Source: Candidatus Eiseniibacteriota bacterium (GTDB taxonomy: Bacteria; Eisenbacteria; RBG-16-71-46; CAZAMP01). Taken from it: a stretch of DNA of 64,000 bases. The stretch is from NCBI GenBank assembly GCA_965224245.1, contig OZ245046.1, positions 1,344,001 through 1,408,000 on the forward strand, given 5' to 3'. The translations under genes were made by a program, and so were the position numbers. Position 1 is the stretch's first letter. Each line of letters begins with the position of its first letter. The notes below the pieces were generated by a model that had not been told where the DNA came from, made no database searches, and saw nothing but the letters and a program-made list of their open reading frames with translations. This document shows positions 1 to 9,718 of the stretch, piece after piece.

Positions 1-2
1 TC

Positions 3-1067
3 GGGCGCCGGTTTCCGATCGTGCACGTCTATTTCCGGGGCGGGAAGGTCGTGGAGGTATCCACGTTCCGGCGCAACGCCCCGGATTCCGGTGACGGCCG
101 GCGCATCGTCCGGGACGACTCGTGGGGCAGCCCCGAGGAGGACGCCTGGCGCCGCGACCTGACGATCAACGGACTCTTCTACGACATCGAGACGTTCAGC
201 GTCATCGACTACGTGGGCGGGCTCGACGATCTCGAGCGGCGGATCATCCGGACCATCGGCGATCCGTTCGTGCGCTTTCGCGAGGATCCCGTGCGCATCA
301 TCCGCGCCGTACGACACGCGGCGAGGATCGGGTTCGAGATCGAGCCGCGAACCTGGGAGGCGATGACCGAGCTGCACCCGTTGATCGCCACCTGCTCGGC
401 GCCGCGCGTGCTCGAGGAGTTCCTGCGGGAGCTGCGAGGGGGCTGCGCCGCGCCGTCGATCAAGCTGATGAGCGAGTCCGGGCTGCTGGCCGACCTCGCG
501 CCGCGGCTGGACGCGTACGTGCGCGCGATCGGAACCGACGGCGAGGAGGGCCGCCAGTTCTGGGCTCGGCTGGAGGCGCTCGACGCCACCGATCTCAACG
601 AGGTACCGGCGCCGAACGCCGTCGCGCTGTCGGTCGTGATCGGAGCGGTGGTCGGCCCCGAGGTGACCGCGGCCGAGAAGTCGGCCAACGGCAATCGCCG
701 ACCCGACATCGGCAAGGTCGTGCGCGACGCGCTGGTTCCGGTGCTGACCGATCTGGGGATCTCGCGCCGCGATCTCGAGCGCTGCTTTCACATCTACCTG
801 GCCGGCCGGCGCCTGTTCCGGATCGTGGCCGACGGCGGGCACATCCCGGGCAAGCTGCAGGCGAAGAGCTACTTCCCGGACAGCTGGGCCTACGTGCGCA
901 TCCTGCTCGAGGCCGAGGGGTGGTCCGAGGAGCGCATCGAGGCGCTCCGTCGATCTCCGAGCGAAAAGCGGCGCCGGCGGCGCCCGCGCTCCCGGTCCCG
1001 CTCGCGGAGCCGGCAGCGTGCGCGCACGCGAACGAACGCCGGCGACCCGCACGCCCGTCAGCCGTGA
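3..1067 (+). CDS. pcnB: Poly(A) polymerase I-type nucleotidyltransferase, 5'-partial (runs off window)
   Basis: Frame from nt 3 reads GRRFPIVHVYF, the PAP-specific GRRFxIxHV signature. Also EVSTFR, DAWRRDLTINGLFYD, EDPVRIIRAVR and an Arg-rich C-terminal tail. Confidence 0.85.
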   Translation, partial: GRRFPIVHVYFRGGKVVEVSTFRRNAPDSGDGRRIVRDDSWGSPEEDAWRRDLTINGLFYDIETFSVIDYVGGLDDLERRIIRTIGDPFVRFREDPVRIIRAVRHAARIGFEIEPRTWEAMTELHPLIATCSAPRVLEEFLRELRGGCAAPSIKLMSESGLLADLAPRLDAYVRAIGTDGEEGRQFWARLEALDATDLNEVPAPNAVALSVVIGAVVGPEVTAAEKSANGNRRPDIGKVVRDALVPVLTDLGISRRDLERCFHIYLAGRRLFRIVADGGHIPGKLQAKSYFPDSWAYVRILLEAEGWSEERIEALRRSPSEKRRRRRPRSRSRSRSRQRARTRTNAGDPHARQP

Positions 1068-2182
1068 CCGCCGCGGCGGTGCGGCTGATGGCCGACCTCC
1101 GGTCGCTGGCCGTTCCACGAGCCGCCGGGACCGACGCCGAGCGGCGTCTGGCCCGCGACGTGTCCGAGCGGCTCGCCTCGCTCGGCTACGACGTGCACGA
1201 CGAGCCGTTCACGTTCGATCCTCGCTGGATCCGACGAGGCTATCCGGTCGCGTTACTCGTGGCCGCGGTCCTGGTGACCTGGACGCCGTTCTCGCCGTCG
1301 CCCGCGTTCACGCTCGCGCTCGTGTGCGCCGTGACGTTGCCGGTGGTGGTGGCCGCAGGATCCGGCGCGTGGCGCTTCGATCGGGGGACCGCGATCGCGA
1401 CGTCCAACGTCTTCGCCACCCGCCCGGGCACGAGGGGACCGGTCACGGTCGTCGTCGCGCATCTGGACTCGAAGAGCCAGCGACTCTCGTTCGCCGGTCG
1501 ATCGCTCGCGGCCGCGGTGTCCGCGGCGGGGGTCCTGGGTCTCGCGGCGGCGCTCGCGCTGTGGCCGGACGTGCGCGCGCTGCACCTCGCGTGCGCGGCG
1601 GCGGCGGCCGGCGCGCTGGCGGCGAGCGCGCTCGCGGGGTACGGGAACGCATCGCCGGGTGCTCTCGACAACGCCACCGGAGTCGCGGTGCTGCTCGAGC
1701 TGGCCCGGCACCGCGCCGGCCACGATGCACCCGGGCGGGTGGAGTGGCTCGTCACCGGCGCCGAGGAGGATGGTCTGGTGGGCGCCGATCGCTTCCTGGC
1801 CCGACATGGCGAGCGCCTGCGCGCCGAGCACGCGGCCGTGGTCAACCTCGACACGGTGGGCGGCGCCGGGCCGTCGATCCTGATCACGCACCGCTGGCGC
1901 GGCGGCGCCGGGGAGGACGGGCTGGCCGGGACCATCCGAGAGCGGGCGCGTGAGCTGGGCATCACGCTCGTCGAGAAGAGGGTGCCGTTTCCCGCCGGCG
2001 TGGACAGCGCCGTCTTCGCGCGCGCCGGGTTGCCGGCGGTGACCCTCGCGTCGGGTACGTGGCGCTCGACGTTTCGGCACGTGCACCGGCCGTCGGATGT
2101 GCCCGATCGCGTCGACGTCGCCACGCTGGAGCGGACGGTCCGACTGGTGGACGCGCTGCTCGACGCCCGCGCCCGCTCGTGA
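1064..2182 (+). CDS. Membrane-embedded M28 family metallopeptidase
   Basis: GTG overlaps the pcnB stop (GTGA). Motifs AHLDSK, GALDNATG, GAEEDGLVG, NLDTVG and HRPSD, with inserted hydrophobic helices. Confidence 0.75.
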   Translation: MTAAAVRLMADLRSLAVPRAAGTDAERRLARDVSERLASLGYDVHDEPFTFDPRWIRRGYPVALLVAAVLVTWTPFSPSPAFTLALVCAVTLPVVVAAGSGAWRFDRGTAIATSNVFATRPGTRGPVTVVVAHLDSKSQRLSFAGRSLAAAVSAAGVLGLAAALALWPDVRALHLACAAAAAGALAASALAGYGNASPGALDNATGVAVLLELARHRAGHDAPGRVEWLVTGAEEDGLVGADRFLARHGERLRAEHAAVVNLDTVGGAGPSILITHRWRGGAGEDGLAGTIRERARELGITLVEKRVPFPAGVDSAVFARAGLPAVTLASGTWRSTFRHVHRPSDVPDRVDVATLERTVRLVDALLDARARS

Positions 2183-2192
2183 GGATCGGATC

Positions 2193-2918
2193 ATGCGTCT
2201 GAACCGCTTCATGGCCGCCGCCGGGATCGCATCGCGGCGTAAGTGCGAGGCCCTCATCGCCTCGGGCCGCGTCCGGGTGAACGGTGAGACCGTCACCGCG
2301 CTCGCCACGCTGATCGATCCCGCGCGCGACGTCGTCGAGTTCGACGGCGTGCGCGTGCGTCCCGAGTCCGATCGTCGCGTGTACGTACTGTACAAGCCGG
2401 CCGGTCTGATCACCACGCTCCACGATCCACAGGGGCGTCCGACGATCGCGTCGGTGATCCCTCCCGCGCTCGGCCGCGTGTATCCGGTGGGGCGCCTCGA
2501 CCGGGACACGACGGGCCTGATCCTCCTGACCGACGACGGGGATCTCGCGTATCGGGTGACGCATCCGAGCCATCACGTACCGAAGCGCTATCTGGCCCTG
2601 GTGGCCGGGTGTGTCTCGGCCGGCAAGATCGAGCGGCTCGTGTCCGGCGTTCGACTCGACGACGGTCCCGCGCGCGCGCGCGCGGCGCGCCGCATCGCGA
2701 CCGACGGGCGCCGGAGCGTGCTCGAGATCGTGCTGGGTGAGGGACGAAAGCGTCAGGTCAGACGGATGCTCGAGCATGTGGGGCATCCGGTCGACCGGCT
2801 GCACCGTTCGGCGATCGGACCGGTAGAGCTGGGGGATCTCGCGGAAGGGGAGGTGCGCGTGCTGGATCCGGGCGCCCTCGCCCGCCTGCGCGACGCGGTG
2901 GGCCTCGACACGACGTGA
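2193..2918 (+). CDS. rluB: rRNA pseudouridine synthase, RsuA/RluB family
   Basis: MRLNRFMAAAGIASRRKCE S4 domain and the YPVGRLDRDTTGLILLTDDG catalytic motif. Confidence 0.85.
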   Translation: MRLNRFMAAAGIASRRKCEALIASGRVRVNGETVTALATLIDPARDVVEFDGVRVRPESDRRVYVLYKPAGLITTLHDPQGRPTIASVIPPALGRVYPVGRLDRDTTGLILLTDDGDLAYRVTHPSHHVPKRYLALVAGCVSAGKIERLVSGVRLDDGPARARAARRIATDGRRSVLEIVLGEGRKRQVRRMLEHVGHPVDRLHRSAIGPVELGDLAEGEVRVLDPGALARLRDAVGLDTT

Positions 2919-2959
2919 TCCGCGTCGGCCGGTTGGGCCCGGCCCCGAAAAACCGAGCC

Positions 2960-3004
2960 CAAAAGAAACGAGGACCGCGTCATGGGCAGAGCCACGCGAT
3001 CCTC
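2960..3004 (-). terminator. Intrinsic terminator for the dinB-oxidoreductase transcript
   Basis: Minus strand GAGGATCGCGT-N13-ACGCGGTCCTC (11 bp with one U-G pair) followed by GTTTCTTTT. Confidence 0.6.
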
Positions 3005-3083
3005 ATACGCGCGTCGGGAGCTTGCGGTCAGGCAAGTCGCCCATCTACGCACGATCAAAAGCTATCATCGGTCGTGCCGCCGG

Positions 3084-4028
3084 TCAACCACAAGCGTGTT
3101 CGTAGCAGCGGTCGGCCAGAGCCACGGCGCGGACGCCCTCGGTCAGAGGGATCGGGTTGGGGCCGCCGCCTACGAACCTCGCGAAATCGGCGAGCGCCTC
3201 GCGCACCGTCGGCACGGGGGCGACCGGGACGGCCTCGCGGCGTCCCGGCTCGCGGCCGATTTCGAGCGCGTGGTGCTGATAATCGCCGAAGATCTGCCCG
3301 CGCTCGCCCACGAGCTCCACCCGGCACGAGCGGTGCGTGGTGTACTTCGACACCTCGAAGCTGACGTGACATCCGGACGCGGTTCGGCCCGTCGCGTGGA
3401 AGAAGTCCTCGGTGGTCGGATCGAGCACCTGCTCCATCACGCAGTGCTCGATGTCGATCTCCTCGCCGAGAAGCCACGCCGCGGTGTCGAACAGGTGCAC
3501 CCCCGTCAGGAGGACGGACCCGCCGACGGAGATCGCGCGCTCGCGCTGCCATGCCAGCGTGCTCGGCTCGAGCCGCTGCGAGAGCCGGACGTAGTGAAGG
3601 CGACCGATCTCGGGGAGGTGTGCGCGCGCCGCGACGAGCACCGCGTCGTAACGGAGCGTGTGCGCCACCATCACGCGACCGCCGAGCGCTCGGTCCCGTT
3701 CCAGAAGCGGCACCGCCTCGGCCGCCGTGGCCACCGCCGGCTTCTCGACGAGCACGAATCGCGCGCGGTCGAGCGCCGAGGCGATCAACGGTGCGTGCGA
3801 CGAGGGCGGCGTGACGATGATCACTGCGTCCACCGCGTCGACCAGCTCGGACGCGCTCGAGAACGCGGTGACGCCGAGCGCGTCCGACGTCTCCCGGAGG
3901 CTCTCGGAACTGCGCCGGAACACGCCGACGAGCTCGAGCTCGGGACGGTCGCGGAGGATGTGGTTCGCGTACCGGCGCCCGTGCGTACCCACGCCGATGA
4001 TGCCCGTTCGGATGCGTGTCCGACTCAC
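3084..4028 (-). CDS. Gfo/Idh/MocA family NAD(P)-dependent oxidoreductase
   Basis: GIIGVGTHG Rossmann motif, VLVEKP, GGSVLLTGVHLFD. GGAGG RBS upstream. Confidence 0.85.
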   Translation of the reverse strand: MSRTRIRTGIIGVGTHGRRYANHILRDRPELELVGVFRRSSESLRETSDALGVTAFSSASELVDAVDAVIIVTPPSSHAPLIASALDRARFVLVEKPAVATAAEAVPLLERDRALGGRVMVAHTLRYDAVLVAARAHLPEIGRLHYVRLSQRLEPSTLAWQRERAISVGGSVLLTGVHLFDTAAWLLGEEIDIEHCVMEQVLDPTTEDFFHATGRTASGCHVSFEVSKYTTHRSCRVELVGERGQIFGDYQHHALEIGREPGRREAVPVAPVPTVREALADFARFVGGGPNPIPLTEGVRAVALADRCYEHACG

Positions 4029-4098
4029 TCGTTTCCTCCATGGTCGACTCTCGCGGCGGTGCGTTCGCCTCGCCGGTCGCCGCCGAGCCGTCGACCGG

Positions 4099-5307
4099 TC
4101 AATCGGCGTCCTCGTGACTGAGCGAGGAGCCGGTGTCGCCGGCGTCGTCCGCGTGGAGCGTACCGCCCCGGAACACGGTGTCGCGACCGAAGCGTCGCTC
4201 GAGCCGGTCCAGCGCGGCGTCCAGCGTCTGCCGGCGGGTCTCGGCCTCGTTCTCGACCAGCGAGAGCGTCTCGCCCTCGCGGCCGACGATTCCGGAGACC
4301 CCGACCCCGACGAGCCGCACCGGACGACCCGTCCAGCTCTCCTCGAAGAGCGATCGGGCCACGCGATGGATCACCGCGGCGTCGTCGGTGGGCTCGGGGC
4401 GGGTGACGCGACGGGTGATCGTCTTGAACGTGAAGTCGCGCAGCTTCAGCGTGATCACCCGACCCCGCACGCCGTCTCGGCGCAGGCGCCGGGCGACGCG
4501 GGTCGCGTGGTCCAGCATCGTTCCCAGCAAGACGCGGGCGTCGGTCTGGTCGACCGCGTACGTCATCTCGTGGCTGTACGACTTCGCGTCGTGGTCGGGG
4601 ACGACGGTGCGGGAGTCGAGCCCCCTGGCCAGATCCTGTAGATGGGTGCCGTGGCGGCCGAAGTGCGTCTCCAGAAACCACCGCTCGGCCGTGGCCAGAT
4701 CGCCGACGACCGAGAGCCCGACCGCCGTCAGGCGTTCGAGGGTGCGCGGGCCAACGCCCCAGAGGCGCGCCAGGGGCAGGGGAGCCAGGAACGACGCGAC
4801 TCCGCCCGGCTCGACGACCACGAGCCCGTCGGGCTTCTCGAGGTCCGACGCGATCTTGGCCACGAACTTCACCGGCGCGATGCCGACCGACGCCACCAGG
4901 CCGCTCTCGGCGAACACCTCGTCCTTGATGCGGCGCGCGAGGGGGCGGGACGGGCCGAGGCTCCGATCGGTGCCCGACAGATCGAGAAACGCCTCGTCCA
5001 GCGAGAGCTTCTCGAGGCTGGGGCTGAACCGCTCGAGGACGCTCATGACCCGCTTCGACACGTCGGCGTAGCGGTCCATCCGCGCGGGCACGCGGACGAG
5101 GTGGGAACAGCGCCTGACCGCCTCGGACATCGGCATGGCCGAGTGGACCCCGTAGCGCCGGGCCTCGTACGACGCGGCCGCCACCACCCCGCGCGCGTTC
5201 GAAGGCCCGCCGACCACGACGGGCTTTCCGGCCAGCTCGGGGTGATCGTGGATCTCGATGGAGGCGTAGAACGCGTCCATGTCGACGTGGGCGATGCGGG
5301 CGGCCAT
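4099..5307 (-). CDS. dinB: DNA polymerase IV (Y family)
   Basis: IAHVDMDAFYASIE, AASYEARRYGVHSAM, SLDEAFLD, AKIASDLEKPDG. Start placed at ATG 5307. Confidence 0.95.
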   Translation of the reverse strand: MAARIAHVDMDAFYASIEIHDHPELAGKPVVVGGPSNARGVVAAASYEARRYGVHSAMPMSEAVRRCSHLVRVPARMDRYADVSKRVMSVLERFSPSLEKLSLDEAFLDLSGTDRSLGPSRPLARRIKDEVFAESGLVASVGIAPVKFVAKIASDLEKPDGLVVVEPGGVASFLAPLPLARLWGVGPRTLERLTAVGLSVVGDLATAERWFLETHFGRHGTHLQDLARGLDSRTVVPDHDAKSYSHEMTYAVDQTDARVLLGTMLDHATRVARRLRRDGVRGRVITLKLRDFTFKTITRRVTRPEPTDDAAVIHRVARSLFEESWTGRPVRLVGVGVSGIVGREGETLSLVENEAETRRQTLDAALDRLERRFGRDTVFRGGTLHADDAGDTGSSLSHEDAD

Positions 5308-5751
5308 GACTCTCTCGACGGGGAAGACCGACGTCCGCGCACATGGTAGCGCGCTCGGTTCGTGATTTGGAGCGCGGAGTCGCGCCAGGCGTCGAGGACT
5401 CGACGCCTGCGCCGCCCACACGCCGGGGGTGGGAACGGGCACGACGCCGTCCACTGGCGGTGCCCGGGTGGTCTGCGGGGTCCCGGACGCCGTCCGGATC
5501 GCGTCGCCGGCGCCGCGGGCGACCCGACCCGTGGCGGACGCTAGTGCCGGTGCCGCCGGTACTTGGCCGGGGCCGGACCCCGTGGCCGCGGAGTTGCAAT
5601 GAGCCGAGCCCGGAGCGACGGGGGCCGCCCTGCCCGTATCTGCGGGCAGCGCCGCCCCCGCGATCCTCGGTGTGCCGAGCCGCGCCCGTGCCACCCGCCG
5701 GACCGTCGTCGATCCGGCCGGTCGGTCCGCGGCCCGACGTACGCGATTCGC

Positions 5752-5867
5752 AGCTCGGTGACGGAGCCGGTGCCAACGCCATGCCGCGCCTCGCGCGGTC
5801 CTCGTCGATCCTCGATCGTCCGCCCGTGTCCTCACGCCATCCTCACGACCGGCTCCGTCACCGAGCT
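5752..5867. repeat. Perfect 20-bp inverted repeat with a 76-nt spacer
   Basis: AGCTCGGTGACGGAGCCGGT (5752-5771) and ACCGGCTCCGTCACCGAGCT (5848-5867). Confidence 0.9.
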
Positions 5868-6013
5868 CCATTCTCGCTTGCGGGCGCTTCGGTCGGTGAA
5901 CTACTGTCTTCAGCCGAAATTCACGCACGCTGTCCTCAGGAGGGCGTGTGTCACCACGTCACCACCGACCAACAGCGCGCCGCGAGGGGCCTCCGCCGCG
6001 CAAGGGGGATGTC

Positions 6014-6232
6014 ATGGGAACCGACGTCGACACGACGCTCGAGATCGGGGCGGCCGCCGGCGAGGTGTACCGCTACCTGCACGAGAACGGCGAGGTGTCC
6101 GTCTCGAAGCTGCGAAAGGACCTGTCGCTCTCGACCGGTCGGGTCGATCAGGCGATCGGCTGGCTGGCGCGCGAGGAGAAGGTCGACTTTCTCAAGGACC
6201 GCCGGACGACGCTCATTCGCCTGAAGTCCTAG
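6014..6232 (+). CDS. Small winged-helix protein (DUF2582-like)
   Basis: IGAAAGEVYRYL...AIGWLAREEKV pattern. AAGGGGG RBS before ATG 6014. Confidence 0.75.
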   Translation: MGTDVDTTLEIGAAAGEVYRYLHENGEVSVSKLRKDLSLSTGRVDQAIGWLAREEKVDFLKDRRTTLIRLKS

Positions 6233-6233
6233 C

Positions 6234-7232
6234 GTGGGGACGTCGCGTCCCCTCGCCGAGCTGGGTCGGACCTCTCCGCGTCTGAAGCCGTTTCGCGAGC
6301 TCAAGCGCGCGGCCGCGCGGAGACGGACCGGATCGTTCGTGCTCGAGGGACCGCACCTCGTCGAGCGCATGCTCGCGGCCCTGGTTGCGGACTCCCCACC
6401 GCCGTACGAGCTCCGGGACGTTCTCGTGGATGCCCGGTACGCTCCCCGCTTCACGGCGGGCGGGCTGGCCACGTGTCGCCGGCTCGGGATCGAGCCCGCG
6501 CTGGTCTCGGAGCGGACGATGAGCGCGCTCGCGGACACGCGATCCCCTCAGGGGGTCCTGGCGGTGGTCGGTGCTCCGCCCGACGCACGGGACCTGAGCG
6601 CGCGCGCGCTCCGCGCCGCCGACCGCCGGACGCTGCGCATCGTTCTCGCACTGGGCGTCTCGGACCCCGGCAATCTGGGAGCCCTGGCCAGGACCGCGGT
6701 CGCGATGGGAGCCCATCTGTTCCTGTCGCACGGCGGAGTCGATCCGTTCTGTCCGAAGGCGCTGCGCGCGACCGCGGGGGACTTCGTCGCGATTCCGTAC
6801 GGTGAGGTCACCGCTCCGGAGCGGCTGGCCCAGCGACTGTCGGAAGCGGGGGTCATGACGATTGCGACGACGGCCCGCGGAGGCAAGCCGCCGCACCTGG
6901 TGGATCCGCCGGGGCGCGCGCTGGTCCTGGTGGGAGCCGAAGCCCACGGCCTCGCCGACAACTGGGTCCGGCACGCGGATCTCCACGTCACGATTCCGCT
7001 CCACCGCGGGGTCGAGTCCCTGAACGCCGCGGTGGCGGGGTCGATCGTGCTGTATGCGCTCTCGACGTCGCGTCCGACGGCGGCGCGGGGCGGCCCGGGC
7101 GGCTCCACCCGAGGACGGGCGAGCGGCCGAGGCGACGGCCGGACCTCCGATCGCGGCCGCGGCACGTCCTCCGATGGCGGGCGCGGCAAGCGTGCCCGCG
7201 GCGGGGTCGACCGCCCCAGGCGGCTGCGGTAG
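6234..7232 (+). CDS. TrmH/SpoU family RNA methyltransferase
   Basis: LEGPHLV, DPGNLGALARTA, GAEAHGL and VESLNAAVAGSIVLY SPOUT motifs. Gly/Arg-rich tail. Confidence 0.85.
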   Translation: MGTSRPLAELGRTSPRLKPFRELKRAAARRRTGSFVLEGPHLVERMLAALVADSPPPYELRDVLVDARYAPRFTAGGLATCRRLGIEPALVSERTMSALADTRSPQGVLAVVGAPPDARDLSARALRAADRRTLRIVLALGVSDPGNLGALARTAVAMGAHLFLSHGGVDPFCPKALRATAGDFVAIPYGEVTAPERLAQRLSEAGVMTIATTARGGKPPHLVDPPGRALVLVGAEAHGLADNWVRHADLHVTIPLHRGVESLNAAVAGSIVLYALSTSRPTAARGGPGGSTRGRASGRGDGRTSDRGRGTSSDGGRGKRARGGVDRPRRLR

Positions 7233-7269
7233 AGTCGGTCTCGATACCCTCGTCAGAGGAGAAACACCC

Positions 7270-9696
7270 GTGAAGGACCCCGCCACCGATCACCACGTCC
7301 CGATCGCCCGGCTTCGCTGGCAGTCGGATCCCGCCGATCTGGACTTCGAGTCGAGCGCGGACCTCGAGCCCACCGACGACATCATCGGACAGGATCGCGC
7401 GATGAAGGCGATCCGGCTCGGGCTGGATCTCCGGAGCTTCGGCTACAACATCTTCATCACCGGTCTCGTGGGCACCGGGCGCATGACCGTGATCCAGCGG
7501 TTCCTGTCCGAGCTCGGGGCGGACGGCGACGTGCACACGGGCGGGGAACTCCGGGACCTGTGCTACGTGCACAACTTCACGAACCCCGACGCCCCGCGCC
7601 TGATCTCGCTGCCGCCGGGACAGGGGGGCGCGTTCGACCGCGCTCTGCAGCGGCTGGTTCACACCCTACGTCACCACGTGCCTCAGATCTTCGAGAGCGA
7701 GGCCTACGGTCGCCAGCGCAAGACGCTCATCCAGGGCTATCGCACCCAGCAGTCGCAGATCATCGATGCGTTTCAGTCCCGGGTTCAGCACGAGGGCTTC
7801 GCGGTGATCCAGGTCCAGATGGGGCCGATCACCCGACCGCACGTGCTCCCGGCGATCGAGGGCGAGGCGGTTCCGATGGAGCAGCTCGACTCGCTCGTGC
7901 AGGAGGGCAAGCTCGAGAGCACCGACGCGGAGCGGATGCGCCAGCAGTATGCCGTGCTCGTCGAGGAGCTGGGCACGGTCTCGCGCCAGATGCAGGTGAT
8001 CGAGCGCAAGGTGCAGGAGGAGGTCGAGGGCCTCAACCGGGGAATCGTCCGCGAGGCGCTCCACGACGTTCTCGAGGAGATCCGGTCCACGTTCCCGACC
8101 GACGCGGTGAAGGTGTTCCTGGACGAGGTCGAGCACGACGTGCTCGAGAACGTCCGCCCCGGCCTGGAGACCGACGACGAGGACGAGAGCGAGGACCCGA
8201 CGCACTTCTACGGGGTCAACGTCGTCGTCGCCAACACGAGGACGAAGACGGTCCCGGTGGTCAGCGTCACCCACCCGACGCATGCGGACCTCTTCGGCGC
8301 CATCGAGGCACCGAGCGATCGGGATCGCGTCACGCGCGCCGACTTCTCCCACGTGCGAGCCGGAGCGCTGATGCGGGCCGACGGGGGGTTTCTGGTTCTG
8401 AACGGGCGCGACGTCCTCCAGGATCCGAGCGTGTGGGCCGCGCTCAAGCGCAGCCTGCGCACCGGGCTGGTGGAGGTCCGCGTGGTCGAGACCGGGGGCT
8501 ATCCGTGGGGTACCGCCCTCAAGCCCGAGCCGGTGGCGATCCGGACCAAGGTCGTCATCATCGGTGACGCACAGATGTACTCGCTCCTCTACGCGCTCGA
8601 CGAGGACTTCCGCAAGATCTTCAAGATCAAGGCGGAGTTCGACGCCGAGATGCCGCGCACGCCGGGCGCGACCCAGCAGTACGCGCGTTTCGTGGCCAAG
8701 ATCTGCCGATCCGAGAGTCTCCCGCCGTTCGATCGCGGGGCGGTGGGGCAGATCCTCGAGTACGGCGTGCGGCGGGCCGGCCACCAGGACAAGCTCAGCA
8801 CGCACTTCACGTTCGTCAAGGACGTGATCGTCGAGGCGGCCTACTGGGCGCGCGAGTCGGGCTCGGACGTGGTCCGGGGCGAGCACGTGGACCGCGCGAT
8901 CGACGAGAGCATTGCCCGCGTCAACCTGGTCGAGCGCAAGCTGAAGGCCGCGATCGAGCGGGGGGAGATCCTGATCGAGACCTCCGGTGATCGGGTCGGT
9001 CAGGTGAACGGCCTGGCCGTGTACGGGCTCGGCGACCACTCCTTCGGCGTGCCGACGAAGATCACCACGAGCGTGGGGGCCGGCCGCACGGGGATCGTGA
9101 ACATCGAGCGCGAGGCGGACATGAGCGGGGCCACACACGACAAGGGCGTCCTGATCCTGCAGGGCTTCTTTCGCGAGCGCTTCGCGCGCGAGAAGCCGCT
9201 CGCGCTGTCGGCCAGCCTGTGCTTCGAGCAGTCCTACAGCGGCGTCGATGGGGACAGCGCCTCGTCCACGGAGGTGTACGCGCTGATGTCGGCGCTGTCC
9301 GGGCTCCCCATCCGGCAGGGCATCGCGGTCACCGGCTCGGTCAATCAGAAGGGCGAGATCCAGCCGATCGGGGGCGTCAACGAGAAGATCGAGGGGTTCT
9401 TCGACGTCTGCCGCGCGCGCGGGCTCTCCGGCGATCAAGGCGTGCTGATCCCCGAGCAGAACGTGCCGCATCTGATGCTGCGCGAGCCGGTCGTGGAGGC
9501 CGTGCGCGACCGAACGTTCGCCGTCTACGCGGTCCGAACGGTGGACGAGGGCATCCAGATCCTGACCGGCGTGGCCGCGGGAGAGGCCGATGCGAACGGC
9601 CGTTATCCGGCCGCGTCGGTGAACGGACGGATCGCGCACCGGCTGGACGAGCTGGCCGACCGCGCGCAGGCGTTCGGAGCCGGTGAGACGCTGTGA
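7270..9696 (+). CDS. Lon-like (LonC type) S16 protease
   Basis: IIGQDRA, degenerate Walker A GLVGTGRMT, VGQVNGLAV, EQSYSGVDGDSASS (catalytic Ser), GGVNEKIEGFF (catalytic Lys). AGAGGA RBS. Confidence 0.85.
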   Translation: MKDPATDHHVPIARLRWQSDPADLDFESSADLEPTDDIIGQDRAMKAIRLGLDLRSFGYNIFITGLVGTGRMTVIQRFLSELGADGDVHTGGELRDLCYVHNFTNPDAPRLISLPPGQGGAFDRALQRLVHTLRHHVPQIFESEAYGRQRKTLIQGYRTQQSQIIDAFQSRVQHEGFAVIQVQMGPITRPHVLPAIEGEAVPMEQLDSLVQEGKLESTDAERMRQQYAVLVEELGTVSRQMQVIERKVQEEVEGLNRGIVREALHDVLEEIRSTFPTDAVKVFLDEVEHDVLENVRPGLETDDEDESEDPTHFYGVNVVVANTRTKTVPVVSVTHPTHADLFGAIEAPSDRDRVTRADFSHVRAGALMRADGGFLVLNGRDVLQDPSVWAALKRSLRTGLVEVRVVETGGYPWGTALKPEPVAIRTKVVIIGDAQMYSLLYALDEDFRKIFKIKAEFDAEMPRTPGATQQYARFVAKICRSESLPPFDRGAVGQILEYGVRRAGHQDKLSTHFTFVKDVIVEAAYWARESGSDVVRGEHVDRAIDESIARVNLVERKLKAAIERGEILIETSGDRVGQVNGLAVYGLGDHSFGVPTKITTSVGAGRTGIVNIEREADMSGATHDKGVLILQGFFRERFAREKPLALSASLCFEQSYSGVDGDSASSTEVYALMSALSGLPIRQGIAVTGSVNQKGEIQPIGGVNEKIEGFFDVCRARGLSGDQGVLIPEQNVPHLMLREPVVEAVRDRTFAVYAVRTVDEGIQILTGVAAGEADANGRYPAASVNGRIAHRLDELADRAQAFGAGETL

Positions 9697-9718
9697 TCGA
9701 ACGCCGGGGCGGTCGCGC

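Noticed and set aside
122-1063. Apparent long N-terminus of the M28 peptidase
   Set aside because: It is an out-of-frame overlap with pcnB. GTG 1064, coupled to the pcnB stop, is the sensible start.
5308-5928. 200-aa N-terminal extension of DinB in the ORF track
   Set aside because: It is low-complexity Ala/Arg/Pro sequence spanning the inverted repeat. DinB homology begins at ATG 5307.
7060-7232. RGG-like tail on the TrmH protein
   Set aside because: It is probably GC-driven low-complexity extension, with no independent support for function.
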